Shown: in pieces, positions 30,522 through 39,051 of the stretch
How the letters are laid out: each line of letters opens with the position of its first letter
How positions within the stretch are numbered: the stretch's first letter is position 1
Assembly: GCA_964526195.1 (NCBI GenBank)
Contig: CAZGIH010000013.1
Location: 5,033 to 69,032 of the forward strand
DNA: 64,000 nt
DNA from: an uncultured Chromatiales bacterium
GTDB lineage: Bacteria > Pseudomonadota > Gammaproteobacteria > Poriferisulfidales > Poriferisulfidaceae
Direction of reading: 5' to 3'
The notes under the pieces: generated by a model
Databases searched by the model: none
The model's input: only the letters and a program-made list of their open reading frames with translations
Told to the model about the DNA's origin: nothing
Translations under genes and position numbers: made by a program

Positions 30522-32614
30522 TGACCGAAGCCAGAGCCGTGCTGTTCGAACTCGGCACGGAAGAACTCCCGCCTCGTTCGCTGGAGGCCCTCAGGGAGTC
30601 TTTGGCCGCTTTGGTGACTGCCGAACTGAAGAGCGTGGGTCTCCCATTCGACCAGGCTGTGACAGCGTATGCGTCGTCGAGGCGCCTGGCATTACGGGTT
30701 CCGGGAGTGGCGGAACGAACGGCCGGCACCACCGAAATACGTAAAGGCCCCTCGGTGAAAGCCGCTTTCAACTCGGAAGGTGAACCTACTCAGGCACTAC
30801 TGGGCTTTGCCAAGGGGTGCCAGGCCGACCCAGAACAGATGCAACGTTGGAAAGATGGGGAGGATCGCCTGAAGACGGACAAGGGAGAATGGCTCAAATT
30901 CGACGAAGTGGTGGAGCCCCGTGATTGCCGGGAATTGCTCCCGGAGATTTTCGACCGAGCCTTGGCGGGACTGCCGTTGGAGAAACGCATGCGCTGGGGA
31001 ACGGAAGAGACAAGCTTTCTTCGCCCTGTCCGATGGGTGGCACTGCTGTACGGTGGCGAGCCGATTGCCGGGGAAATCATGAACACTCCCTGTGGCGCAG
31101 TTACGCGGGGTCACCGCTTTCTTGGTGAACAAAGCGTCGAACTGGAGGATGCAGGAACTTACGAAAATGCTCTGAAGGAGAAGGGCCACGTACTGGTAGA
31201 GGCAGCGACACGTAAACAGCAGGTTTTGTCGCAAATCGAAGAATTCGAGGCCGAGTTCAAGGTAGAAGCGGTTCGATCAGAGCCCCTGCTTGAGGAAGTA
31301 TGTGCCAGCGCGGAATTTCCGATGGTGGTTGCGGGATGCTTCGATGAAGAATTCTTGAATTTGCCGGAGGAAGTCATCCGTGCGGTGCTGGAGGATCAGC
31401 AGCAGTATTTTTCGACTCGCGGGTCGGATGGCGTGTTGTCCCGGCATTTCTTCGCCGTTGCCAACCTTCCGGATGTGAATGGAGACATTAGAGTGGGCTG
31501 CGAGCGGGTGGTGTGTTCCCGGCTTCAGGATGCCGCCTTTTATCTTGAGCGCGACCGCTTGAGGCCGTTCAATTCTCGTGTGGAGGGCTTGGGTCGGGTG
31601 GTCTTTCACCGCAAACTGGGCACCCTGCTCGAGCGCGTTCAGCGCATAGAGAGCCTGGCGGAATACGTGGCCCGAAAAGTGGATGCGGACGCGAAAATCG
31701 TGTGTCGTGCAGCACATTTGTGCAAGGCGGATCTGGGCACGGACATCGTGCAGTCATTTCCAAAGCTCCAAGGGCTGATGGGTGCGTACTACGCTCGGAT
31801 TGAAGAAGAGAAAGACGCGGTCTGCCAAGCTGTTTCAGACCACTACCGGCCACGGTACGCGGATGATGTGCTACCGGAAACTTTGCCGGGCCAAGTGCTG
31901 GCCTTGGCCGATCGTTTGGACATGTTGGCTGGAGTTTTCTCGATAGGCGAAATACCGACTGGGACTCGGGATCCGCTGGGCGTGCGGCGTGCCGCTTACG
32001 GCGTTCTGCGCCTAGTGGTGGAATGTGGCTTGGACCTGAACTTGGAGGACTGTTTGGCGCAGGCGGTCAGTGAATATCCAGAGTCTTTTCGTTCCGACGG
32101 TATTCCGCAAGCGGTGTTGGATTATCTGGCTGACCGGATGTACGGGTACGGCACCGAACGCGGGCAATCCAGGGACGCCATTGAGGCGGTTCTGGCAGTC
32201 GGGTCGGCCCGACCGCTGGATGCCTTCGGACGGGTGCGAGCGGTCGAGGGTTTCCGGAACTTGCCACAGGCGAAAGTACTAGTCGCGACACACAAACGTA
32301 TCCGGAACATCTTGCGCGAGGCCGATGTGAACGATGCCGAAATCAACTCCGAATTGTTGACGGAGCCCGCCGAGTGTGAGCTCGCGGATCGACTTATTGC
32401 AGTACGCGAGGAGGTGCAGGAAAATTGTGCGGCAGGCACCTACGGAGAAGCACTGAGTTTGCTCGCCACATTGGCCGAGCCGGTCTCGGCTTTCTTCGAC
32501 GAAGTGCTGGTGATGGCGGAAGATCAAAAAATACGTCATAATCGCCTGCGTCTTTTGCGGGGCCTACAGGATCTGTTTCTGGGAATCGCGGATTTCTCGC
32601 GCCTGCAGGACTGA
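30521..32614 (+). CDS. glyS: glycine--tRNA ligase beta subunit
   Basis: 697 aa. Follows glyQ with an overlapping stop/start. Anticodon-binding DALR-like C-terminus. Confidence 0.9.
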   Translation: MTEARAVLFELGTEELPPRSLEALRESLAALVTAELKSVGLPFDQAVTAYASSRRLALRVPGVAERTAGTTEIRKGPSVKAAFNSEGEPTQALLGFAKGCQADPEQMQRWKDGEDRLKTDKGEWLKFDEVVEPRDCRELLPEIFDRALAGLPLEKRMRWGTEETSFLRPVRWVALLYGGEPIAGEIMNTPCGAVTRGHRFLGEQSVELEDAGTYENALKEKGHVLVEAATRKQQVLSQIEEFEAEFKVEAVRSEPLLEEVCASAEFPMVVAGCFDEEFLNLPEEVIRAVLEDQQQYFSTRGSDGVLSRHFFAVANLPDVNGDIRVGCERVVCSRLQDAAFYLERDRLRPFNSRVEGLGRVVFHRKLGTLLERVQRIESLAEYVARKVDADAKIVCRAAHLCKADLGTDIVQSFPKLQGLMGAYYARIEEEKDAVCQAVSDHYRPRYADDVLPETLPGQVLALADRLDMLAGVFSIGEIPTGTRDPLGVRRAAYGVLRLVVECGLDLNLEDCLAQAVSEYPESFRSDGIPQAVLDYLADRMYGYGTERGQSRDAIEAVLAVGSARPLDAFGRVRAVEGFRNLPQAKVLVATHKRIRNILREADVNDAEINSELLTEPAECELADRLIAVREEVQENCAAGTYGEALSLLATLAEPVSAFFDEVLVMAEDQKIRHNRLRLLRGLQDLFLGIADFSRLQD

Positions 32615-32628
32615 ACAACATTCCAGCC

Positions 32629-33171
32629 ATGAAACTGATAATTCTGGATCGCGACGGAGTCCTGAACGAGGAAAGGGAGGATTTCATCAAAACGCCGGAA
32701 GAGTGGGTGCCGATCGACAGCAGCATGCAGGCGGTGTCCCGCTTGAACGAGGCTGGTTATCGAGTGGTACTTGCGACCAACCAGTCAGGGATCGGTCGCG
32801 GCATCATCGACATGGATACCCTCAACCGGATTCATCAGAAAATGCATAACTCGCTGGGTCGTTTCGGCGGTTGGGTGGATGCCATCTTCTTCTGTCCGGA
32901 TGCACCGGACACGGGGAGTCACTGCCGCAAGCCTAATCCCGGCATGTTTGAGGATATTGCAAGCCGTTGTGAGACCGATCTCGCCGATGTGCCGGCTGTT
33001 GGGGACAAGCTGTCAGACGTTCGGGCGGCGGTGGCAGCAGGTGCCCGCCCGATTCTCGTGCGTACCGGTTACGGTAGGCAGACTGAAAAGGACGAGGACT
33101 TGCCGGACGGCGTCGAGATATACGACGACCTGTACTCATTCGTAGACGAACTGCTGGCGCCATCTTCCTGA
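32629..33171 (+). CDS. gmhB: D-glycero-beta-D-manno-heptose 1,7-bisphosphate 7-phosphatase
   Basis: HAD motif DRDGVLN. GmhB zinc-binding Cx..C..HxCxC-like segment (FFCPDAPDTGSHCRKP). Confidence 0.85.
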   Translation: MKLIILDRDGVLNEEREDFIKTPEEWVPIDSSMQAVSRLNEAGYRVVLATNQSGIGRGIIDMDTLNRIHQKMHNSLGRFGGWVDAIFFCPDAPDTGSHCRKPNPGMFEDIASRCETDLADVPAVGDKLSDVRAAVAAGARPILVRTGYGRQTEKDEDLPDGVEIYDDLYSFVDELLAPSS

Positions 33172-33181
33172 GCGCAGCGGG

Positions 33182-33895
33182 ATGTCCGCCATCCGTTCCA
33201 CAGGTTTTTATCTGGGGGTGCTTGCCGCCACCCTGGCCGCCGTGTTTGTTGTACCAGTCGCGGCCTGCTTGCCTCGGCGCCCGTGCTATCGGCTACTGAG
33301 TTTCTGGAACGTATCCGTTCTCTGGTCTGCAAGGGTATTTTGCGGAATAACCTACGAAGTTCATGGGCGTGAACACCTCCCGGAAGCCGGGCCCTACATG
33401 CTTATGGCTAACCACCAGTCGGCATTCGAGACGGTTTTGCTGGTGGTTTTACTGCCGCAACCGGCATTTGTGCTCAAGCAATCTCTGCTGTGGTTACCGG
33501 TAGTCGGTTGGGGGTTGGCGCTGACCCGCCCGATCGTCATTGACCGAAGTAGCCCGGTCCGGAGCCTGAAGCGTTTGCTGCAACAGGCGCGAAAACGATT
33601 CGCACGGGGTGACGTGGTGGTCATTTTCCCGGAGGGAACTCGTCTCCCGGTGGGGGAGCGCCGTCCTTATCAGGCTGGCGGGGCGCATATCGCGACACAA
33701 AGTCAGGTCCCGGTTCTTCCGATGGCGCACAATGCCGGCCATTTCTGGCCGCGCGGATTCCTCAAGAAACCCGGCAAAGTCACGGTCCGAATCGGAGCCC
33801 CGATCCAGGCAGGAGAACTGAAGCCTGCCGAATTGAACGATCAGGTCAAGGAATGGATTGAGGCGACAGGGGCGCAGTTGTCACCGCCAATGTGA
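33182..33895 (+). CDS. plsC: 1-acyl-sn-glycerol-3-phosphate acyltransferase
   Basis: NHQSxxD and FPEGTR acyltransferase motifs. Confidence 0.8.
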   Translation: MSAIRSTGFYLGVLAATLAAVFVVPVAACLPRRPCYRLLSFWNVSVLWSARVFCGITYEVHGREHLPEAGPYMLMANHQSAFETVLLVVLLPQPAFVLKQSLLWLPVVGWGLALTRPIVIDRSSPVRSLKRLLQQARKRFARGDVVVIFPEGTRLPVGERRPYQAGGAHIATQSQVPVLPMAHNAGHFWPRGFLKKPGKVTVRIGAPIQAGELKPAELNDQVKEWIEATGAQLSPPM

Positions 33896-33897
33896 CA

Positions 33898-34935
33898 TCA
33901 AGGTGCGGGGTTGGGCTGGGCCTCGTGAACGGCATCGATTTCGCGCAGCAACTGGTGAGGCAGTTCCAGATTGGCGCTTTCCAGGTTTTCCTGAAGCTGC
34001 TCAATAGTGGTGGCGCCAATGATGGCACTGGTCACAAAAGGTTGTTGCTGGATGAAACTCAAGGCCATCTGCGCGGGCGTCAGGTCGTATTGGCGAGAGA
34101 GTGCGACGTATTTGTCGGTGGCAGCCTTCGCCCGTGGATTGGAATAACGGGTGAAGTAATTCCAGCGTTGGAGACGGGAGCCCCGAGGGCGTCCCCGTTG
34201 ATATTTCCCGGTCAAGACACCGAATCCGAGAGGAGAATAAGCCAGTAGGCCACAACGCTCCCGTATGGCTATTTCGGCTAGGCCGACTTCGAAAGTTCGG
34301 TTCAGCAAGTTATAGGGATTCTGGATGGAGACAATGCGGGGCCCGGAGCCTTCTCGTGAAAGCCGCAAATATTCCGCCACTCCCCACGGGGTTTCATTGG
34401 ACACCCCAATGGCCCGTGCCTTGCCGGATTCGACCAACCGGCATAACGCCTCATAGGTTTCCTCGATCGGGATTGCGTCCTGGTTGTCTTCGAACCGATA
34501 ACCCAGTTGCCCAAAGTAATTGGTGTTGCGTTCCGGCCAATGAACCTGGTAGAGGTCGATGTAGTCCGTCTGCAGGCGACGCAAACTGTCGTCAATGGCT
34601 TGATTGATGTGTTTTGCGTTCAGGCGCGGCCCGCCGCGCAAATAATCCATGGATTCGCTGGGTCCGACCACCTTGGTGGCGACGACAATTCGATCCCTCG
34701 GGACGCGGGAAGAAGCGATCCAAGTACCGATGTACTGCTCGGTCAGTCCTTGAGTGCGTGCACAGGACGGGGCGGCGTACATTTCGGCGGTGTCGATGAA
34801 GTTGACGCTGAAATCGAAGGCACAGTCCAATTGCTGATGGGCTTCGGCCTCGGTGTTTTGCTCGCCGAACGTCATAGTGCCGAGACAGATGACGCTGACG
34901 TCAAGGCCGGTGTCTCCGAGCGGGCGAAGCTCCAT
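33898..34935 (-). CDS. NADP(H)-dependent aldo/keto reductase (Tas-like)
   Basis: MELRPLGDTGLDVSVICLGTMTFG…IDTAEMY AKR signature. Confidence 0.8.
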   Translation of the reverse strand: MELRPLGDTGLDVSVICLGTMTFGEQNTEAEAHQQLDCAFDFSVNFIDTAEMYAAPSCARTQGLTEQYIGTWIASSRVPRDRIVVATKVVGPSESMDYLRGGPRLNAKHINQAIDDSLRRLQTDYIDLYQVHWPERNTNYFGQLGYRFEDNQDAIPIEETYEALCRLVESGKARAIGVSNETPWGVAEYLRLSREGSGPRIVSIQNPYNLLNRTFEVGLAEIAIRERCGLLAYSPLGFGVLTGKYQRGRPRGSRLQRWNYFTRYSNPRAKAATDKYVALSRQYDLTPAQMALSFIQQQPFVTSAIIGATTIEQLQENLESANLELPHQLLREIDAVHEAQPNPAP

Positions 34936-34936
34936 G

Positions 34937-35242
34937 TCAGATCTCCAGTTCCTTGACGGGCTGTCCGCGAATCAAATGCTCATCGATGATTCGGTCGACA
35001 TCCGCTTGATCGCGGTAGCGGTACCAGGTGCCTTCCGGATAGACAACAATGATCGGGCCTTCGGCACACCGGTCAAGACACCCGGACTGATTGATTCGGG
35101 TCTGCCCGGCTCCATGAATGCCGAGTTCCTGGCAACGTTTTTTGGCGTAGTCCCGCATCGCGCGTGCGTCATGATCCTGGCAGCAGGCTTCGTCTTCCCG
35201 CCGGTTAACGCAGAAAAAGACGTGGCGTTTGTAGTAAGACAT
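34937..35242 (-). CDS. thioredoxin-like [2Fe-2S] ferredoxin
   Basis: Four Cys in the C-x4-C … C-x3-C arrangement (FFCVNRREDEACC … GCLDRC). Start refined to MSYYKRH. Confidence 0.6.
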   Translation of the reverse strand: MSYYKRHVFFCVNRREDEACCQDHDARAMRDYAKKRCQELGIHGAGQTRINQSGCLDRCAEGPIIVVYPEGTWYRYRDQADVDRIIDEHLIRGQPVKELEI

Positions 35243-35284
35243 TGAAGACAGCCGGAATGGGGTCAAGCTACGCCCATGATATCG

Positions 35285-35373
35285 TCATAGTTTCTGGTAC
35301 CGAGAGTGGGACTCGAACCCACACGGGGGACTACCCCACCGGATTTTGAGTCCGGCGCGTCTACCAATTCCGC
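35285..35373 (-). tRNA. tRNA-Leu (anticodon CAA), class II
   Basis: Manual fold: GGCCGAGATGGCGGAATTGGTAGACGCG 5' half, anticodon loop CTCAAAA, long variable arm, GGTTCGAGTCC T-arm, encoded CCA. Confidence 0.8.
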
Positions 35374-35432
35374 CATCTCGGCCTTCAGGCTCCAGACACT
35401 CCGCCCTTCCTTTCAGGAACGGAGCGATTACG

Positions 35433-36458
35433 TCATTGTAGCAATGCGGTTCGACCGTTAAGTAGTGAAAACGTGGCCTCGCAGACCTGCTCAGGAGTGA
35501 TACGGGTCATGCAAGCGTGGTGCCCGTAAGGGCAGGCACGTTGATGGCAGGGGCTGCACAGGGTCTGCGCTGAACAAATTTTTCGATCGTCGGCCAAAGG
35601 CGGGTGCGTATCGGGGCTGGTGGGACCGTAAATGCCGACGACGGGAGTATTCACGGCGGCAGCCACGTGCATGAGTCCGGAATCATTGCAAACCGCAGCC
35701 GCAAGCCCTGAAACCAGGTGGATGGCTTGGTCCAGCGTGGTTTCCCCGCACAGGTTCACAGCCTGTTCCGGCGCGGCTTGGACGATGCCGTCGCCGAGGG
35801 AGCGATCTTCTGTCGTGCCGATTACGCAGATCCGGTGCCCTTGCTCGACGAGCAGGGTCGCCAACTGAACGAAGGAGGCCTCACCCCATTGTTTGGCTTG
35901 GCCGTAGGCAGCGCCAGGCATCAGCCCGATGACTGTTTCATCGGAATCCATATCCCACTGTCGGAACACGCTGGCCGTCTGTTCCGGATCCACTTCCAAG
36001 CTTGGATAGGGAATGGAATTTGAATCGATGGGATTCGGCGATGCCAAGCGTGCCATCCGGGCGAGAATGCCCGGTGGCCGGGAGCGGGAATCACTGATCA
36101 ATACATTGCGAATTCCGGCATCGAAGCCGATTCTCTGCTTGATTCCGGCTGCCCAAGGCACCAATGCCGCTTTTACGGAGCGAGGAATGATGATCGCTTG
36201 CTGGTACTGTGCATGCAAGCGGCGGGATGTCGCCCACCGCCGCCACAGCCCTAGCTGTCCGTGCCGAACGTCAAGAGGAATATGGCGAGAAACCTGGGGC
36301 ATCCGCCCAAGCAATGCTCCCGCCCAAGAAGGTGCGACGACATCAATGGAGACATCGGGCTGCTGGCGTTTGAGCAGGGCGTACAGGATCTGGCTGAGTA
36401 CCACATCGCCGACCCAGGCTTGCGCGATCACCAGGATGCGGGAATCCTGGTCTGCCAC
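35433..36458 (-). CDS. waaF: ADP-heptose--LPS heptosyltransferase II (GT9)
   Basis: RILVIAQAWVGDVVLSQ N-terminus. GT9 heptosyltransferase layout. Sits downstream of hldE. Confidence 0.8.
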   Translation of the reverse strand: MADQDSRILVIAQAWVGDVVLSQILYALLKRQQPDVSIDVVAPSWAGALLGRMPQVSRHIPLDVRHGQLGLWRRWATSRRLHAQYQQAIIIPRSVKAALVPWAAGIKQRIGFDAGIRNVLISDSRSRPPGILARMARLASPNPIDSNSIPYPSLEVDPEQTASVFRQWDMDSDETVIGLMPGAAYGQAKQWGEASFVQLATLLVEQGHRICVIGTTEDRSLGDGIVQAAPEQAVNLCGETTLDQAIHLVSGLAAAVCNDSGLMHVAAAVNTPVVGIYGPTSPDTHPPLADDRKICSAQTLCSPCHQRACPYGHHACMTRITPEQVCEATFSLLNGRTALLQ

Positions 36459-36461
36459 GGC

Positions 36462-37940
36462 TTATTCCTCGCTCTCGCGAATACGCTGGATCAGATCCGT
36501 GGTCGAGTAGCCTTCTATCAGTGGCAGGACGACGACTTTCCCGCCCGCTTTCTCGACTTCTTCTTTGCCGACGATCTGGGAAGGCTTGTAGTCGGCTCCT
36601 TTGACCAGCACATCCGGCAGGATTTCGCGGATCAACTGCTCCGGCGTATCTTGGGAAAACGATACGACCCAATCCACGCATTCCAGGCCCGCCAGCACCT
36701 GCTGCCGGTATTTGAGTGGCTGGATCGGACGACCCGATCCCTTGTTGCGGCGAACCGAGGAATCACTGTTGACTGCCACGACCAGCCGGTCGCCAAGCTC
36801 CGCTGCCTGCTCCAACAGTGCCACATGGCCGGCATGAAGAAGATCGAAACAGCCGTTTGTAAACACCACGGTTTCACCCAGTTCCCGGGTTTCCCGGACC
36901 AGTCGGCGAAGGGTGTTGTAGGGAATAATGCCGGTTTCCGTTTTCCGTTCAAGGCGCATGGCTCGCTTCAGCTCATCCGGAGTGACGGCGGCCGTTCCAA
37001 ACTTGCCGACCACCTGGCCCGCGGCCAGGTTTGCCAGCCGCATGGCTTCTTCCAGTGGCAGTCCTGCGGCATGGGCGCATGCGAACATGGCGATTACGGT
37101 GTCTCCGGCACCCGTGACATCAAACACATCGCGCGCAGTCACGGCAAGATGGGTGCTTTTGCGTCCTTTTTGCAACAGCATGCCCTGTTCTCCCAAGGTG
37201 ACCAGCATTGCTTTCAGGCGGTGCCGGCGGCAGAGTTTTTCGGCATGGACGGAAATCGCCTCGATAGAGGGAATCGGCCCAACCGCAGCCTCCAGTTCCC
37301 GACGATTTGGAGTAATGGCGGTTGCGCCAGCGTAGGCAGAGAAATTGGTCCGCTTGGGATCCACGAACACGGGCTTGCCCATGCGGCGGCATAGGGCAAT
37401 CAACGGTTGGGGGTCTTCTAGGGCCCCCTTGCCGTAATCCGACAGGATGACGACATCACAATGGTTTAGGGCGGAGCGAAATCTCTTCTTAAACAATGTC
37501 TTATTGAAATTCGCACGCTTCTCGAAATCCAGCCGGATCAGCTGCTGATGCTGACTGACGACCCGAAGCTTAAGCGGCGTGGTCATCCCGCTTTGAACCA
37601 TCAGGCGGTTTTCGATTCCATGTTTGCGGATCAGGCGGGTAAACGTGCGGCCGGGCTGGTCCGGGCCGATCGGGGCCAGAAGGGTGGTTCGGGCACCCAG
37701 AGCAGCAATGTTTACAGCCACGTTGCCGGCACCGCCAATCCGTTGCTGTTCGTCTTCCACGGTGACGACGGGTACCGGGGCCTCTGGAGAGACGCGTTCG
37801 GCACTCCCGCTCCAGTAGCGGTCCAGCATGATATCGCCGACCACTAGGGCGCGAACTGAGGAGAAATCGGGCAGGCTCAGATACACTGGATTCAGCCGTC
37901 CGAGTCCACCAGCGTGTATAGAGTGCCGCAATAAGGGCAC
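36462..37940 (-). CDS. hldE: bifunctional D-beta-D-heptose 7-phosphate kinase / D-beta-D-heptose 1-phosphate adenylyltransferase
   Basis: VVGDIMLDRYW kinase N-terminus and C-terminal cytidylyltransferase-like HxGH (CFDLLHAGH). True start may be the GTG near 37884. Confidence 0.9.
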   Translation of the reverse strand: MPLLRHSIHAGGLGRLNPVYLSLPDFSSVRALVVGDIMLDRYWSGSAERVSPEAPVPVVTVEDEQQRIGGAGNVAVNIAALGARTTLLAPIGPDQPGRTFTRLIRKHGIENRLMVQSGMTTPLKLRVVSQHQQLIRLDFEKRANFNKTLFKKRFRSALNHCDVVILSDYGKGALEDPQPLIALCRRMGKPVFVDPKRTNFSAYAGATAITPNRRELEAAVGPIPSIEAISVHAEKLCRRHRLKAMLVTLGEQGMLLQKGRKSTHLAVTARDVFDVTGAGDTVIAMFACAHAAGLPLEEAMRLANLAAGQVVGKFGTAAVTPDELKRAMRLERKTETGIIPYNTLRRLVRETRELGETVVFTNGCFDLLHAGHVALLEQAAELGDRLVVAVNSDSSVRRNKGSGRPIQPLKYRQQVLAGLECVDWVVSFSQDTPEQLIREILPDVLVKGADYKPSQIVGKEEVEKAGGKVVVLPLIEGYSTTDLIQRIRESEE

Positions 37941-38121
37941 CGGATCTTGCGGTCGGGCATGTCCTCAATCGGCAGAAAAACCCGGGGGTGCGAGTTCCAC
38001 AGGCTGGTTCCCGGCAGGGGACAATGGAGAGGGAGGTGCTTGGGGCGGATATTTTGCTGAGCCGCCTGGTTCGGCGTCTTGAAGGAGCTTGGATGTTTCG
38101 CGGTGTGAGGATTAGGCATGA

Positions 38122-39051
38122 TCACTCGACAAATGTCAGCCAGTGAAGATGACGCTCGGAACGCCCGCTCACGATATCTTGGTATTGCTGCTGCAATTGA
38201 GAAGTGATGGGTCCGCGCTGGCCATTGCCGATGGCTTCGCCATCCAGTTCCCGGATCGGGGTGACGTCGGCGGCAGTTCCAGTAAAAAATGCTTCCTCGC
38301 ATTGGAGCAAATCATCCCGGACCAACCGGTTTTCGCGAACCTCCAGGTTGGCTTCCTGTGCAAGCTCGATGATGGTACGGCGGGTGATTCCGTCAAGAGC
38401 GGAACCCAGTGCTGGAGTCTCCAGCACGCCATCGCGGACAATGAACAGGTTTTCACCGCTGCCCTCCGAAATTCGTCCGTCCGCTTCCAGTAGCAACGCC
38501 TCGTCGTACCCCGCCTGCTTCGCTTGTGCCGTGGCCACGGCCGAATAGACATAGTTCCCGCAGATCTTGGAACTGGTCAGTGGGGAATTGACGCGATCGC
38601 GGATGATGGACGAGGTGTAAACCCGGATACCGCGTTCCAGGCCTTCCACGCCCAAATAGGCGCCCCATTCCCAGGCGGCCACTGCGGTATGCACTTCAAG
38701 TCCCTTGGCGTGCAGTCCCAATCCTTCTGCCCCGTAGAAGCAGATCGGACGGATGTACGCAGTCTCCAGCCGGTTTTTCCGAACCACGTCGATGCAGGCC
38801 TGATTGACCTCCTCCTGGGAGAACGGAATGGTCATGTCGACGCAATCGGCCGAAGTGAACAGGCGGTTGGTGTGTTCCTGCAGGCGGAAGATGGCGGGAC
38901 CTCGCTCGGTGGAGAATGCTCGCAGCCCCTCGAATACCCCACTGCCGTAATGCAGGCTGTGGGTCAATACATGCGTGGTTGCTTCGGCCCAGGGGACCAA
39001 GCGGTTGTCCAGCCAGATTACGGCGTCCGGGTGCGGGGCCAGTGTGCTCAT
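38122..39051 (-). CDS. ilvE: branched-chain amino acid aminotransferase
   Basis: WLDNRLVPWAEATTHVLTHSLHYGSGVFEGLRAF. Fold-type IV PLP enzyme. Start refined to MSTLAPH. Confidence 0.9.
   Translation of the reverse strand: MSTLAPHPDAVIWLDNRLVPWAEATTHVLTHSLHYGSGVFEGLRAFSTERGPAIFRLQEHTNRLFTSADCVDMTIPFSQEEVNQACIDVVRKNRLETAYIRPICFYGAEGLGLHAKGLEVHTAVAAWEWGAYLGVEGLERGIRVYTSSIIRDRVNSPLTSSKICGNYVYSAVATAQAKQAGYDEALLLEADGRISEGSGENLFIVRDGVLETPALGSALDGITRRTIIELAQEANLEVRENRLVRDDLLQCEEAFFTGTAADVTPIRELDGEAIGNGQRGPITSQLQQQYQDIVSGRSERHLHWLTFVE

Noticed and set aside
37892-37960. Possible 22-aa upstream mini-ORF (MPDRKIRCPYCGTLYTLVDSDG) just before the hldE start
   Set aside because: It depends on hldE starting at a downstream GTG, has only a single CxxC, and such short ORFs arise by chance. 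No Shine-Dalgarno evidence evaluated. Kept as a note only.
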